Below, in pieces: positions 9,131 to 19,346 of a DNA stretch of 64,000 bases. Each line of letters begins with the position of its first letter. Position 1 is the stretch's first letter. The notes under the pieces are model-generated. The model did not search any database. It saw only the letters and a list, made by a program, of their open reading frames with translations, and was not told the DNA's origin. The DNA is taken from contig CAMBRL010000003.1 in the NCBI GenBank assembly GCA_945870105.1, positions 36 to 64,035 on the forward strand, written 5' to 3'. The position numbers and the translations under genes were made by a program. The stretch comes from Chitinophaga pinensis (GTDB lineage: Bacteria; Bacteroidota; Bacteroidia; SXHM01).

Positions 9131-10678
9131 ATGAGGTTTCTGTTGGTTCTTGGTTCTTGCTTCTTGCTCTTTGCTTCTGCGTTTGCTCAGTCCGCAGATG
9201 GCGATGGCTATAAAAAATTCTATTATCCCGATGGAACCATTCAGAGCGAAGGAACAATTAAAAATGGAAAACCTGACGCATACTGGAAAACTTATTACAA
9301 AAATGGAAAACTCAAATCAGAAGGTAACAGGCTGGATTATAAATTAGACAGCCTCTGGAAATTTTATAACGAAGCAGGAAAAACAACACTTGAAATAAAT
9401 TATAAAAAAGAAAATAAACAAGGGGAAAGAAAAACCTATGCACTTTTAGGTTGGCTGGAGAAAAAAGAATTATTCAGTAATGATACGCTGCAAGGTAATG
9501 CAGAATATTATTTTGAAAATGGAAAACTATGGAAAACAATTCCGTTTGTAAAAGGAAAAACTGTTGGGTTTGGATATGAATATGCAACAGATGATGGAAG
9601 AATAATAGTTATTACAGAGTTTAAAAATGGGTATCAGACCAAACTGGAAAAGATAAATGAGAAAGATAAATTCAATCAGAAACAGGGCATTTGGAAAGAT
9701 TTTTATCCCGATACATTTTCGGTTGATAAAGGAAAACGCCTGTATATTGAAGGTAAATACCTGAACGACAAGAAAAACGGCTATTTTAAAGAATATGATC
9801 CCGAAGGCAACCTAATTACAACATCAAAGTATAAAGATGGCATTTTAGAGCCCGAACCTGCCGAATTAGCCAAATTAGACATTAAAAGGGATTTTTATCC
9901 CGATGCAACAGAGAAATTCAGAGGCAGCTACAATAAAGGAGTTCCTGAAGGAGTGCATCGTTTCTATAGTAAAAAGGGCGAGGTAGATAACTCTAAAATT
10001 TTCAGGAGGGGAATTCTTATTGGTGAAGGAGTTTATGACGAAGAAGGAGTAAAACAGGGATTATGGAAAGAATATTACGATAGTGGTGAACTGAGGTCAG
10101 AAGGAAAATATGAAGAAGGGGTTAGAGTAGGAGAGTGGAAGTTTTATTACAAAAATGGGAAGTTAGATCAGAAAGGTAAATATATAAAAGGAAAACCGGA
10201 AGGAGATTGGCGCTGGTTTTATGAAAATGGGAATCCCTGGAGAGAAGAAATTTATTCAAAAGGAAAAGAAGACGGGCCGGCTACCGAATTCAATGATATA
10301 GGTCTTGTAGTTGCAAAAGGTGAGTTTATAGAAGGAGAAAAAGAAGGATTGTGGAATTATCAGTATGGTGATTTCAGAGAAGAGGGAAGTTACAAAGATG
10401 GACAGCAGGATGGAGAATGGAAAAGTTGGTATAAAAAAGGTCAGTTGAGTTTTGAAGGTAAATATTCAAACGGTTTAGAAGATGGTAAACATGTTTGGTA
10501 TTACGACAACGGAAAAGTAAGAGAAGAAGGAAAATATATTCTGGGAAGTAGGGAAGGGGTTTGGAAAAAGTATGATCAGGAAGGACTGGAAGCAATTGAA
10601 ATAACCTACGAGAATAATAAAGAAATAAAGGTTGACGGCATAAAAGTAAAACCGTCTGATGAAGAACAGGAACAATAA
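9131..10678 (+). CDS. Secreted MORN-variant repeat protein (YwqK-like)
   Basis: Signal peptide; many W(K/R)xYYxNG...EGxY repeats. Confidence 0.85.
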   Translation: MRFLLVLGSCFLLFASAFAQSADGDGYKKFYYPDGTIQSEGTIKNGKPDAYWKTYYKNGKLKSEGNRLDYKLDSLWKFYNEAGKTTLEINYKKENKQGERKTYALLGWLEKKELFSNDTLQGNAEYYFENGKLWKTIPFVKGKTVGFGYEYATDDGRIIVITEFKNGYQTKLEKINEKDKFNQKQGIWKDFYPDTFSVDKGKRLYIEGKYLNDKKNGYFKEYDPEGNLITTSKYKDGILEPEPAELAKLDIKRDFYPDATEKFRGSYNKGVPEGVHRFYSKKGEVDNSKIFRRGILIGEGVYDEEGVKQGLWKEYYDSGELRSEGKYEEGVRVGEWKFYYKNGKLDQKGKYIKGKPEGDWRWFYENGNPWREEIYSKGKEDGPATEFNDIGLVVAKGEFIEGEKEGLWNYQYGDFREEGSYKDGQQDGEWKSWYKKGQLSFEGKYSNGLEDGKHVWYYDNGKVREEGKYILGSREGVWKKYDQEGLEAIEITYENNKEIKVDGIKVKPSDEEQEQ

Positions 10679-10681
10679 AAA

Positions 10682-13600
10682 ATGATTAAGAGTTCAGAAA
10701 CTAATTTTTTTAAAAAAGTTCAAAATAATCTCTTAATAAAAAATAGTGCGGATTTAAACCGCATTTATCTTTTTGTAATTTTTATTCATTCCCCGCTGTT
10801 TTCTTTTTTGCTTTATGACGGCAATCTCAAGTTGCTCTTTGTCAATATCATTGTAAGCCTTATTTCGGGTTTAATAATTCTGGCAAGCTATTATTCTGAA
10901 AAGGTAAAGAACAATATTGCCGATATTGTTTACGTCTTCTTTTATGCCGTAATCGTTTATATATCTACGCTTGCTTGTAAAAAAGACTATACACTGGAAT
11001 TCAGTTTCGGTCTTTTAGCTATCCTTTTATTTTTTGAAATGCTAATTGAAACCAAACAAAAACTGGCTTGGTTTACCATTCCGGTTGTTTTATATAACTG
11101 TGTTTTAATTGGTATTTCAGAAAAACCACATATAGGTAAAGCATTCATAATTATAGGTTTAGTTGTATTTTCTTTCTTTGTTTATTTTAATTTACTTAGA
11201 AAACTGCAACTCCTGAAAGAGTTGGAAGAAAGCGAGAAAAAATTCAGAACCGTAATTGATATAAGCCCGGTAATAATCTGGGGAATTGATAGAAACGGAA
11301 TAATTACACTTTCAGAAGGCAGAGGGTTAAAGGCATTAAATATTAAACCCGGTCAAACAGTTGGTATGTCTGTTCTTGAGTTGTATAAAGACTTGCCGGA
11401 GGTAGTTGCATATATTAAACGTGCGCTAGCCGGTGAATCATTTACTGCTACTGCATGGATGAATGGTGTTTGCATTGAAACCTGGCATAGTCCGATAATT
11501 GACGAAAATGGGAACGCAGCAGGTGTTTGGGGAGTATCAAGCGATATCACAGAAAGGAAGCTAAACGAAGAAAGAGTTCTTCAGAACGAAGAGAAGTTCC
11601 GTCTGCTTTTTTCAAAAGCCAACGATGCAATTTTCATTATGGATAATGAAATATTTATTGATTGTAATGAAAAAACCAAGATAATGTATGGCTGCGAAGA
11701 AAAAGAGATTCTTGGAAAAACACCATTTTATTTTTCGCCCGAAAAACAACCTGACGGACGTGATTCTGTAGAAAAAAGCAAAGAAAAAATTAGTGCAGCA
11801 ATAGAAGGAAAATCACAGTTTTTTTATTGGAAACACAAAACCAAAAACGGCACTTTATTTGATGCTGAAGTAAGTCTTAACCCGTTTAAAATAGATAGAA
11901 AAACATTTATTCAGGCTATTGTACGAGATATCAGTGAGCGCAAAGAATCAGAGCGATTAATAAAAGAAAGCGAAGAGCGCTTCCGTCTGCTTTCTGAGGC
12001 TACAATGGAAGGAATTGTGATGAGTGAAAACGGAGAAATAATTGATGCAAATGATCAGTATGCGCGCCTTCATGGCTTTATAAACAAAGAAGAAATTATA
12101 GGCAAAAAAACCGAAGAGTTTATTGCGCCCGACTTTATTGACATTGCCCAACATAATTTAGAAAGCGGATATCACCGACCTTTTATCATTAAGGCGCTTA
12201 AGCGCGATGGTTCCACATTTACGGTTGAGGTGCGCGGACAAAGCATTCCATGGTATGGAAAGAGAATAAAAATTGCAACATTTACAGATATTACTGAGCG
12301 CATATCCTATGAAAATGAGTTGCGCGAAAGCCAGGAGCGTTACCGTAATCACATCGAATCGTTGCCCGATGGAATATTGATTATTGAAAATAAAAAAGTG
12401 GTATTTGCCAATGCCAGTGCATTAAAAATTCTGGGAACAACAAGCGCAAAAATTAAAAGTTCGCCTCTTAACGAATTTGTTTTGCCGGAATATAAAAATG
12501 AATACGAGAAACTTTTTTCAAGCGTGCGCGATGATAAAGCAACCGACTTTATTGAAATAAAAATCAAACGTCATCTCGACAATAAAATAGCCGATATACA
12601 AGCCAACGGACGTCTTGTTAAATTCAAAGGAGAAGAGTCTATACAACTGGTTATAAGCGATATTTCAACGCGCAAAGCGTTGGCGCGCGAACAAATGCGC
12701 GCGCAGATTGCAGAAGAAACAAACTTGCAATTACATCGCGAAATTGTTGAGCGCAAGAAAACACAAACAAAACTTGCAATCACACAAAAATTTAATAAGA
12801 GTATTATTGAGAGTTCGCTGGATATGATTGTGGCAACAGATATTGACAGTCGCATCAACGAGTTTAACCTTGCCGCACAAAAAACGTTTGGCTACAATCG
12901 TGATGAGGTAATAGGAAAACCTGTTTCTATAATTTATGCTGATGAAGAAGAATACAAACAAGTGCAGGATGTTTTAAATAAAGAAGGTGTTTGTGCTCAT
13001 GAGATAGTTAACAAGCGCAAAGATGGCTCGTTGTTCATTTCACTCTTGTCTGCTTCAACACTTAAAGACGAAGAAGGAAAAGTGTTTGGAGCCATGGGTG
13101 TTTCGCGCGATATTACTGCAGCCAAAAAAGCAGAAGAAGAATTAAGATTGAGCGAAGAGCGTCACCGCGCAGTTTATGATCAGGCATATATTGGTATTGC
13201 ACGTATTGGTAGAGTTGGACGATTCCTTTTGGTAAACCAGCGCTTGTGTGATATGTTTGGGTATGCTTCAGAGGAGCTTTACAAAAAAGCGTTCTTTGAA
13301 TTAACGCACCCATCAGAAGTAGGAGAGAGCTTGAAAAAATGGGATGCTTTGTTAAGCGGTGAAATAAAAAATTTCACATCAGAACAAATTTACTTGCACA
13401 AAAATGGTTCGCAGATTTATGCAAACCTCACGGTTTCATTAGTGCGCGACACAACCGGTTCACCTAACTATTATGTAGCCGTATTTGAAGATATAACCGT
13501 GCGCAAACAACAGGAAAAAGAACTGCAAGAATCGTTAAAGGAAAAAGAAGTTCTGTTGAAAGAAGTGCACCACCGCGTTAAAAATAATATGCAGGTTATA

Positions 13601-14143
13601 TCCAGTATTTTAAATCTGCAATCTTCATACATTAAAGACGAAGCAGCTATTGAGATGCTGAAAGAAAGCCAGGACAGGATCAAGTCAATGGCGTTTATTC
13701 ACGAGAGTTTGTATCAGGGCAAAAACCTTTCTCATGTTAAATTCTCGGAGTATGTGCGCAACCTTGTCGGCAACCTGTTTCATACCTATGGAATAAATAA
13801 AAAAGGGTTAAAGCTAAAGTTCGATTTAGATGAAGTATTCCTGAATTTGGACACTTCCATCCCTTGCGGCTTAATACTCAACGAGCTTATTTCAAATGCG
13901 CTTAAGTATGCATTTAAAGACAGAGAGACGGGAACACTTTCGGTAACGCTGAAAAAATTAGAAGGCGGAAAACTGAAGCTTGAAATAGCAGATGACGGAA
14001 AAGGTTTCCCGAAAGAAATAAATTGGAAAGACACCGAATCGCTGGGCTTGCAATTGGTGGTAACGCTGGCCGGACAAATACGCGGAGACATTCAAATGGA
14101 AACAAAAAAAGGAACTACATTTACCATCGTTTTTAAAGAATAA
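10682..14143 (+). CDS. Membrane-bound multi-PAS sensor histidine kinase (HisKA_2 type)
   Basis: N-terminal TM helices, about six PAS/PAC units ending DIT/DIS, LLKEVHHRVKNNMQ H-box, NELISNA, DDGKG. Confidence 0.92.
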   Translation: MIKSSETNFFKKVQNNLLIKNSADLNRIYLFVIFIHSPLFSFLLYDGNLKLLFVNIIVSLISGLIILASYYSEKVKNNIADIVYVFFYAVIVYISTLACKKDYTLEFSFGLLAILLFFEMLIETKQKLAWFTIPVVLYNCVLIGISEKPHIGKAFIIIGLVVFSFFVYFNLLRKLQLLKELEESEKKFRTVIDISPVIIWGIDRNGIITLSEGRGLKALNIKPGQTVGMSVLELYKDLPEVVAYIKRALAGESFTATAWMNGVCIETWHSPIIDENGNAAGVWGVSSDITERKLNEERVLQNEEKFRLLFSKANDAIFIMDNEIFIDCNEKTKIMYGCEEKEILGKTPFYFSPEKQPDGRDSVEKSKEKISAAIEGKSQFFYWKHKTKNGTLFDAEVSLNPFKIDRKTFIQAIVRDISERKESERLIKESEERFRLLSEATMEGIVMSENGEIIDANDQYARLHGFINKEEIIGKKTEEFIAPDFIDIAQHNLESGYHRPFIIKALKRDGSTFTVEVRGQSIPWYGKRIKIATFTDITERISYENELRESQERYRNHIESLPDGILIIENKKVVFANASALKILGTTSAKIKSSPLNEFVLPEYKNEYEKLFSSVRDDKATDFIEIKIKRHLDNKIADIQANGRLVKFKGEESIQLVISDISTRKALAREQMRAQIAEETNLQLHREIVERKKTQTKLAITQKFNKSIIESSLDMIVATDIDSRINEFNLAAQKTFGYNRDEVIGKPVSIIYADEEEYKQVQDVLNKEGVCAHEIVNKRKDGSLFISLLSASTLKDEEGKVFGAMGVSRDITAAKKAEEELRLSEERHRAVYDQAYIGIARIGRVGRFLLVNQRLCDMFGYASEELYKKAFFELTHPSEVGESLKKWDALLSGEIKNFTSEQIYLHKNGSQIYANLTVSLVRDTTGSPNYYVAVFEDITVRKQQEKELQESLKEKEVLLKEVHHRVKNNMQVISSILNLQSSYIKDEAAIEMLKESQDRIKSMAFIHESLYQGKNLSHVKFSEYVRNLVGNLFHTYGINKKGLKLKFDLDEVFLNLDTSIPCGLILNELISNALKYAFKDRETGTLSVTLKKLEGGKLKLEIADDGKGFPKEINWKDTESLGLQLVVTLAGQIRGDIQMETKKGTTFTIVFKE

Positions 14144-14155
14144 CAAAAACCCTAT

Positions 14156-14908
14156 ATGTCGAAAATAAATATTCTTGTTGTAGAAGACGAAAGCATTGTT
14201 GCTAAAGACATTCAGAACAGTCTCCGCAAACTTGGTTATAATGTACCGCTTACAATTTCTTCGGGCGAAGAGGCCATTGTTGCTGCAGAAGAACACAGAC
14301 CTGATTTAGTGTTGATGGATATTATGCTGAAAGGTGAACTCAGCGGTATTGAGGCAGCCGACCAGATACGCCAGCGTTTTGAAATTCCTGTTATTTATCT
14401 CACAGCTTATGCAGATGAAAGCACGTTGGCAAAAGCAAAAATTACAGAACCATACGGCTACATTATTAAGCCTTTCAAAGAAATTGATTTGCACACCACC
14501 ATTGAAATGGCGCTATACAAACATGGCAAAGAAGCGTTGGTGCGCAAAGAGCGCGATTTGTATTCATCTATTGTGCGAGACACAAACTCAAACGATTCTA
14601 TTTTTGTAAAATCAAATTCTCGTCTGGTAAAGGTTAAATTAGCCGATATCATGTATGTTGAAGCGCTGAAAGATTATGTAATTATTCACTGTGTTGGCGC
14701 AAAATATACCATACACTCTACCATGAAAGATATTCAGGAAAACCTGCAGGACAAAGAGTTTATTCGCGTACACCGCTCTTTTATTGTGCGCATTGATAAA
14801 ATTGCAGCTATTGATTATCCCAACCTGGTAATGGAAGATGATAAAAAACACATACCTATTGGAGGATCGTATAAAGACGACTTGGTAAACCGGTTAAAGT
14901 TTGTGTAG
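14156..14908 (+). CDS. Response regulator, receiver plus LytTR domain
   Basis: VVEDE, LMDI, YLTA, IIKPF; EALKDYV, FIRVHRSFIV. Confidence 0.92.
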   Translation: MSKINILVVEDESIVAKDIQNSLRKLGYNVPLTISSGEEAIVAAEEHRPDLVLMDIMLKGELSGIEAADQIRQRFEIPVIYLTAYADESTLAKAKITEPYGYIIKPFKEIDLHTTIEMALYKHGKEALVRKERDLYSSIVRDTNSNDSIFVKSNSRLVKVKLADIMYVEALKDYVIIHCVGAKYTIHSTMKDIQENLQDKEFIRVHRSFIVRIDKIAAIDYPNLVMEDDKKHIPIGGSYKDDLVNRLKFV

Positions 14909-14927
14909 TTTTTCCCAAGCATTTAGT

Positions 14928-14964
14928 ACAACGCCTGCGGAATTTTCTGCGGGCGTTGTTGTTT
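14928..14964 (+). terminator. Intrinsic terminator-like hairpin
   Basis: ACAACGCCTGCGG / CTGCGGGCGTTGT followed by TGTTT. Confidence 0.55.
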
Positions 14965-14982
14965 ATATCTTTGCCGCAAATA

Positions 14983-15054
14983 GGTTCTGTAGTACAAAGG
15001 ATAGTATGGGGGTTTCCGAAACCCTTGATCCAGGTTCGATTCCTGGCGGGACCA
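14983..15054 (+). tRNA. tRNA-Arg (CCG)
   Basis: Acceptor GGTTCTG/CGGGACC-A, anticodon loop TT-CCG-AA, T-arm CCAGG-TTCGATT-CCTGG; TATCTTTG promoter at 14966. Confidence 0.92.
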
Positions 15055-15095
15055 CAAAATAAAAACCATACTTTCGTTTAACAAAACAAAAAACA

Positions 15096-16904
15096 ATGAA
15101 TACAGAACTATTAAAAGGCGGAGAATTCATTATCAAAGAAACCGATTACAACAACATTTTTGTTGCCGAAGAATGGAATGAAGAACAACTCATGATTCGC
15201 GATATGGTGAAGGATTTCTGCATGAAAGAAATTCACGGAATGGGAATAGAAAAAGCTGCTTCGCTGGATGCTTCCAAAGATATGGATGTGATTGTAGGCT
15301 TGCTTGAAAAATCAGCAGAACTCGGGCTTTGCGGACTTTCCATTGATGCCGAATATGGAGGAATGGATTTGGATTTCAACACCGGACTTTTATTTGGCGA
15401 AGCCATTGCGTTGGGCTTTTCCTTTGCCACAACTATTGGAGCACAAACCTCTATCGGTTCGTTGCCTATTGTGTTTTACGGAACAAAAGAGCAGAAACAA
15501 AAATACCTGCCGGGCATTGCCACCGCAAAACTGAAAGCATCGTATTGTCTTACCGAACCCACTTCGGGTTCTGATGCAAACTCGGCAAAAACAAAAGCAA
15601 CACTTTCTGCTGATGGGAAACACTATTTGCTTAACGGACAAAAGATGTGGATTACCAACGGAGGGTTTGCAGATATTTTTATTGTGTTCGCTAAAATTGA
15701 AGAGGATGAAAATCTTTCTGCTTTTATAGTGGAGAAAAATTTTGGCGGCATACAATTAGGCAAAGAAGAAAAGAAACTGGGTATCAAAGGCTCGTCAACT
15801 GTTCAGGTATTTTTTAATGATTGCAAAGTGCCTGTTGAAAATCTATTGTCAGAGCGTGGAGCGGGATTTAAAATTGCGCTGAACATTTTAAATACCGGCA
15901 GAATAAAACTGTGTGCAGGTTCAGTAGGCGGCAGCAAATTTGCAATCGGGCGCGCGGTGGTGTATGCTAATGAGCGCTTCCAGTTCAAAAAGCCAATCAG
16001 CGATTTTGGCGCCATGAAATATAAAATTGGCGAAATGATTATGCGTGCGTTTGCCACCGAATCTGCCGTTTACCGAACAGGAAATAATATAGACCGCAAA
16101 CAAAAAGAATTTGAAGTGCAGGGAATTGAAAAGAGCGAAGCAAAATTGAAAGCGGTGCGTGAATACGCTGTTGAGTGCGCTATTCTTAAAGTGTATGGAT
16201 CTGAAGTATTGGATTACACCGTTGATGAAGCTTTACAAATTCATGGTGGTATGGGATATGCTGTTGAAACAGGAGTAGAGATGGGTTACCGCGATGCGCG
16301 TATCACCCGCATTTACGAAGGAACAAATGAAATCAATCGCATGTTAGCCATTGCAGAATTGATGAAGCGTTCGTTCCAAAGCAAAGAAATTAATCTTCTG
16401 GATGGCGGAAAAAAATTACCCGGATTTTTGTTCATGCAAACACTTCCGCTGAAAAGTAAAGCAGGTTTTGACGAAGAAAGAAGAATAGTACAAGGCTTAA
16501 AAAATGCGTTCTTACTTATTTCCGGCTCAGCAGGAAACAAACTGAAACTAAAGTTGGTTGATGAGCAGGAGATAATCATGAACATGGCCGATATATTGGC
16601 CGAAGCATACATTGCAGAGTCATTATTATTGCGCGTTCAAAAACTTTCTGCGAAGAAGGATTTTGATAAAGAACAGTTAGAGGTGATGAAAAAACTGTTG
16701 CGCCTTTTCCTATACGAGGCGTTAGCAAAAGTGCGCAGAACAGGACAAGAGGCTATTGCCAGCTATGCAACCGGTGCTGAAAAAAGTCTGATGACGCGCT
16801 TATTGAAAATGCTTACTCCAAAATTTGATGTAAATCCAAAAGATTTAAGAAGAGCGGTTGCGGATTACGCAATTAAGAAAAACGGATACCCGTTTATCGG
16901 GTAA
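15096..16904 (+). CDS. Acyl-CoA dehydrogenase family protein
   Basis: YCLTEPTSGSD, GQKMWITNG, KLGIKGSST, QIHGGMGY, RIYEGTNEI. Confidence 0.95.
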   Translation: MNTELLKGGEFIIKETDYNNIFVAEEWNEEQLMIRDMVKDFCMKEIHGMGIEKAASLDASKDMDVIVGLLEKSAELGLCGLSIDAEYGGMDLDFNTGLLFGEAIALGFSFATTIGAQTSIGSLPIVFYGTKEQKQKYLPGIATAKLKASYCLTEPTSGSDANSAKTKATLSADGKHYLLNGQKMWITNGGFADIFIVFAKIEEDENLSAFIVEKNFGGIQLGKEEKKLGIKGSSTVQVFFNDCKVPVENLLSERGAGFKIALNILNTGRIKLCAGSVGGSKFAIGRAVVYANERFQFKKPISDFGAMKYKIGEMIMRAFATESAVYRTGNNIDRKQKEFEVQGIEKSEAKLKAVREYAVECAILKVYGSEVLDYTVDEALQIHGGMGYAVETGVEMGYRDARITRIYEGTNEINRMLAIAELMKRSFQSKEINLLDGGKKLPGFLFMQTLPLKSKAGFDEERRIVQGLKNAFLLISGSAGNKLKLKLVDEQEIIMNMADILAEAYIAESLLLRVQKLSAKKDFDKEQLEVMKKLLRLFLYEALAKVRRTGQEAIASYATGAEKSLMTRLLKMLTPKFDVNPKDLRRAVADYAIKKNGYPFIG

Positions 16905-16917
16905 ATAACTTCGGGTC

Positions 16918-17328
16918 TTATTTTATTTTAAAATAGAGAGAACTCACCATTCTCGGAATACCATCATCCCCTCGCGCCATAATATCTTCAGCTACAAAAA
17001 TAGCTCCGGGCTTAAGTTTTCTTAATGCAGCTATCATCTGATTTGTAAGCGTATTACCTATTGCTGTATAACTCATCAAATCACCTTGTCCTTTTATTGT
17101 AAGTGTATAGGATGATACGCTCAGGTCGCTGCGATTAATAATAAGGCAACACGATGTTATTGCTTCGCTCACAGTTATATCACCACCTGTTTTCCCTCCC
17201 AATGTTACAAAGGCAGATTCAAATTTCTTTACAGCTTGCTGCCCTTGTTTCACTACCCTGAAGGTATCTGTCTGTTGTGCTTGTGAAGAGCATGCAAACA
17301 AAACAAAAAAAAGCAACAGCTTATTCAT
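16918..17328 (-). CDS. Secreted protein resembling a stand-alone GldM C-terminal domain
   Basis: Signal peptide; GNTLTNQM..LRKLKPG..EDIMARGDDG..R..YFKIK resembles the GldM terminal domain. Confidence 0.55.
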   Translation of the reverse strand: MNKLLLFFVLFACSSQAQQTDTFRVVKQGQQAVKKFESAFVTLGGKTGGDITVSEAITSCCLIINRSDLSVSSYTLTIKGQGDLMSYTAIGNTLTNQMIAALRKLKPGAIFVAEDIMARGDDGIPRMVSSLYFKIK

Positions 17329-17713
17329 TTTGCAAAATTGCTGTTACTTCCATTTCAATCACCAGATCTATGTGAATAAGTGCTTTTACTTCAACCATAG
17401 TTGAGGCAGGTTTTATTGCCCTGAAAAACTCTCCGTGAGCTTTTCCAGCTTCTTCCCACTTTGAAATGTCTGTAACAAACATCCGTGTGCGAACTACATC
17501 ATTTAAAGTTGCCCCTGCTTCATTTAAAGCGCGTTCAATTTTCTGAATGATATATTTTGTTTGCTCATAAGCATTGCCCGGAGAAACTGTTTCTTCTCCT
17601 TCAGTTGCCGTTGTTCCGGCTACTTCAATAATATTTCCGATTCTCACGGCACGACTATAACCAACAATATTTTCCCACTTTGTGCCTGAAGAAATATTTT
17701 TTCTTTTTACCAT
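17321..17713 (-). CDS. RidA/YjgF family protein
   Basis: WENIVGYSRAV, VAGTT, DVVRTRMFVTDI, PASTMVEV. Confidence 0.92.
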   Translation of the reverse strand: MVKRKNISSGTKWENIVGYSRAVRIGNIIEVAGTTATEGEETVSPGNAYEQTKYIIQKIERALNEAGATLNDVVRTRMFVTDISKWEEAGKAHGEFFRAIKPASTMVEVKALIHIDLVIEMEVTAILQNE

Positions 17714-17722
17714 TTTGGCTGT

Positions 17723-18589
17723 TTACTCCCTCTCTTTTGGAGAGGGCTGGGGTGAGGCTTCTTTTATTTCTCTCGCAATGGTCGAAAAATATTCTACTTC
17801 TCCCTTTTCATTTTTGTGTGCAATAATTACCTGCGAAACCGGAATTTCTTTTCCGTCCAACGTAAGCAAAGCTGTTTCTCCACGCCATATTCCATGTTTT
17901 ACAGAATAAGGAATAGCCTCATCAGCAATGTAACGAACAGCCCAGCCTGGCTGCAAATCCTTAATCTTTAATTTGTCTGCATCTAATTTATCTGAAATGC
18001 CAAGCATTTTTTCCCCTGCAGAATTAATATACTGACTTACATAATCGATACCCGAAATACCCACAAAATCTGATGTAGATTCTAAAATGGTATTAAGCAG
18101 CTGGCTGCGTTTGAGTAAAAAATCCAATTGTTGTGCACGATGTTTCAGCTCAATTTCACTTTTTCTCAACTCTTCCAGCGCTGCATCTTTCTCCTGCTGT
18201 ATTTCTCTCTTTTTCAATACAGCATCTATTGAGTGAGGCAGACGTTTCAGATTATTTTTCATTACGTAATCATCAATACCTTGCTTCAGAAATTCAATAA
18301 CAATATCTTCCGACAATTCGCCCGATATCAGAATGAAAGGAATATCAAGATTTTCTATTTCAAGCAACTTAAATGCATGAAGGGCATTAAACCCCGGAAG
18401 ACTGTAATCTGCAATAATTATGTGTGGACGAAATGCCTGAACTTGCGGAATAAAATCATGTCGCGAAGAATGAATATGAGCCTCAAATGATATGCCCGAT
18501 TGAGCTAATTCTTCCAACATAATATCTGCATCTGCCGGAATATCTTCTAATATAAATATCTTGAGTTTCTTGGTGCTCATTACAGCCAT
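17723..18589 (-). CDS. Response regulator receiver plus PAS protein with no output domain
   Basis: ILEDIPAD, IADYSLP, DDYVMK; one PAS/PAC; repeat-derived C-terminal tail. Confidence 0.8.
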   Translation of the reverse strand: MAVMSTKKLKIFILEDIPADADIMLEELAQSGISFEAHIHSSRHDFIPQVQAFRPHIIIADYSLPGFNALHAFKLLEIENLDIPFILISGELSEDIVIEFLKQGIDDYVMKNNLKRLPHSIDAVLKKREIQQEKDAALEELRKSEIELKHRAQQLDFLLKRSQLLNTILESTSDFVGISGIDYVSQYINSAGEKMLGISDKLDADKLKIKDLQPGWAVRYIADEAIPYSVKHGIWRGETALLTLDGKEIPVSQVIIAHKNEKGEVEYFSTIAREIKEASPQPSPKERE

Positions 18590-18655
18590 AAAGATAAAAA
18601 AAGCCCGCGAATTTATGCAGGCTTTCTTATTTAATAACGTTAAGGAAAATAATTT

Positions 18656-19246
18656 CTATGCGGAAGCGCTTACCGGTATGTTAACTTTAAGTGTGAAATA
18701 AGTTTTCTTATCACCCAGTTTGCGAAAATCATATTCAAATTTGTTGGCTGATATGCGCGCTATGTCAAGTAAGCCCAAACCCGCCCCGCCTTTATCGCTA
18801 AACTCCATATTGGACATCAACTCTTTGTATTTATCTCTTATTTCGTCAGGCTTCAGATTATTAATATGTTCAAGTTTTTCTTTCAAATATTCTGTTTTGT
18901 CATTATTCATCATGTTTCCGGTGATGATGAAAAAGCTATTCTCATTTCTGCCGATAAGCAGAATAGACGATTCGTGATCTTTGCCTTTTTCGGGCTCTGC
19001 GTGGCGGCTTACATTTTGTAAGCACTCTACCAAAACATTAAAAACCTTTTTCTTTATTTTTTTCTCCTCGTCAAAGCCTATCATTTTAGAGTCGACCATA
19101 GCAATAAGCTGGTCAGAGGTTTCCTCGTTAATATTGTCTTTATAGGCAAGCAGCAGCTGGTTTTCAACCATCATGCGCTCAATACCATATATCTGGTCAA
19201 CAAGCTTAAAATACTTGTTGTTTTCAGGGTTATTCTGTGTGGGCAT
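18656..19246 (-). CDS. SiaB family (DUF6272) protein kinase
   Basis: VLVECLQNVSRH, TGN, KGGAGLGLLDIARIS. Confidence 0.85.
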   Translation of the reverse strand: MPTQNNPENNKYFKLVDQIYGIERMMVENQLLLAYKDNINEETSDQLIAMVDSKMIGFDEEKKIKKKVFNVLVECLQNVSRHAEPEKGKDHESSILLIGRNENSFFIITGNMMNNDKTEYLKEKLEHINNLKPDEIRDKYKELMSNMEFSDKGGAGLGLLDIARISANKFEYDFRKLGDKKTYFTLKVNIPVSASA

Positions 19247-19346
19247 ACAGAAAACGATTAAGTTAACTCGAGACTAAACTACTAATAAAAAGACACTTTA
19301 ACTGTCTTAGCTTAAAGAATGTTTCAACATTTAATTCTGCGTATCC

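Noticed and set aside
9131-10678. Toxin-antitoxin system from YwqK-like annotation
   Set aside because: Only MORN-variant repeats with a signal peptide; no adjacent toxin.
14983-15054. tRNA-Arg as an island integration site
   Set aside because: No duplicated 3' end noticed in the window, no integrase, and ordinary flanking genes.
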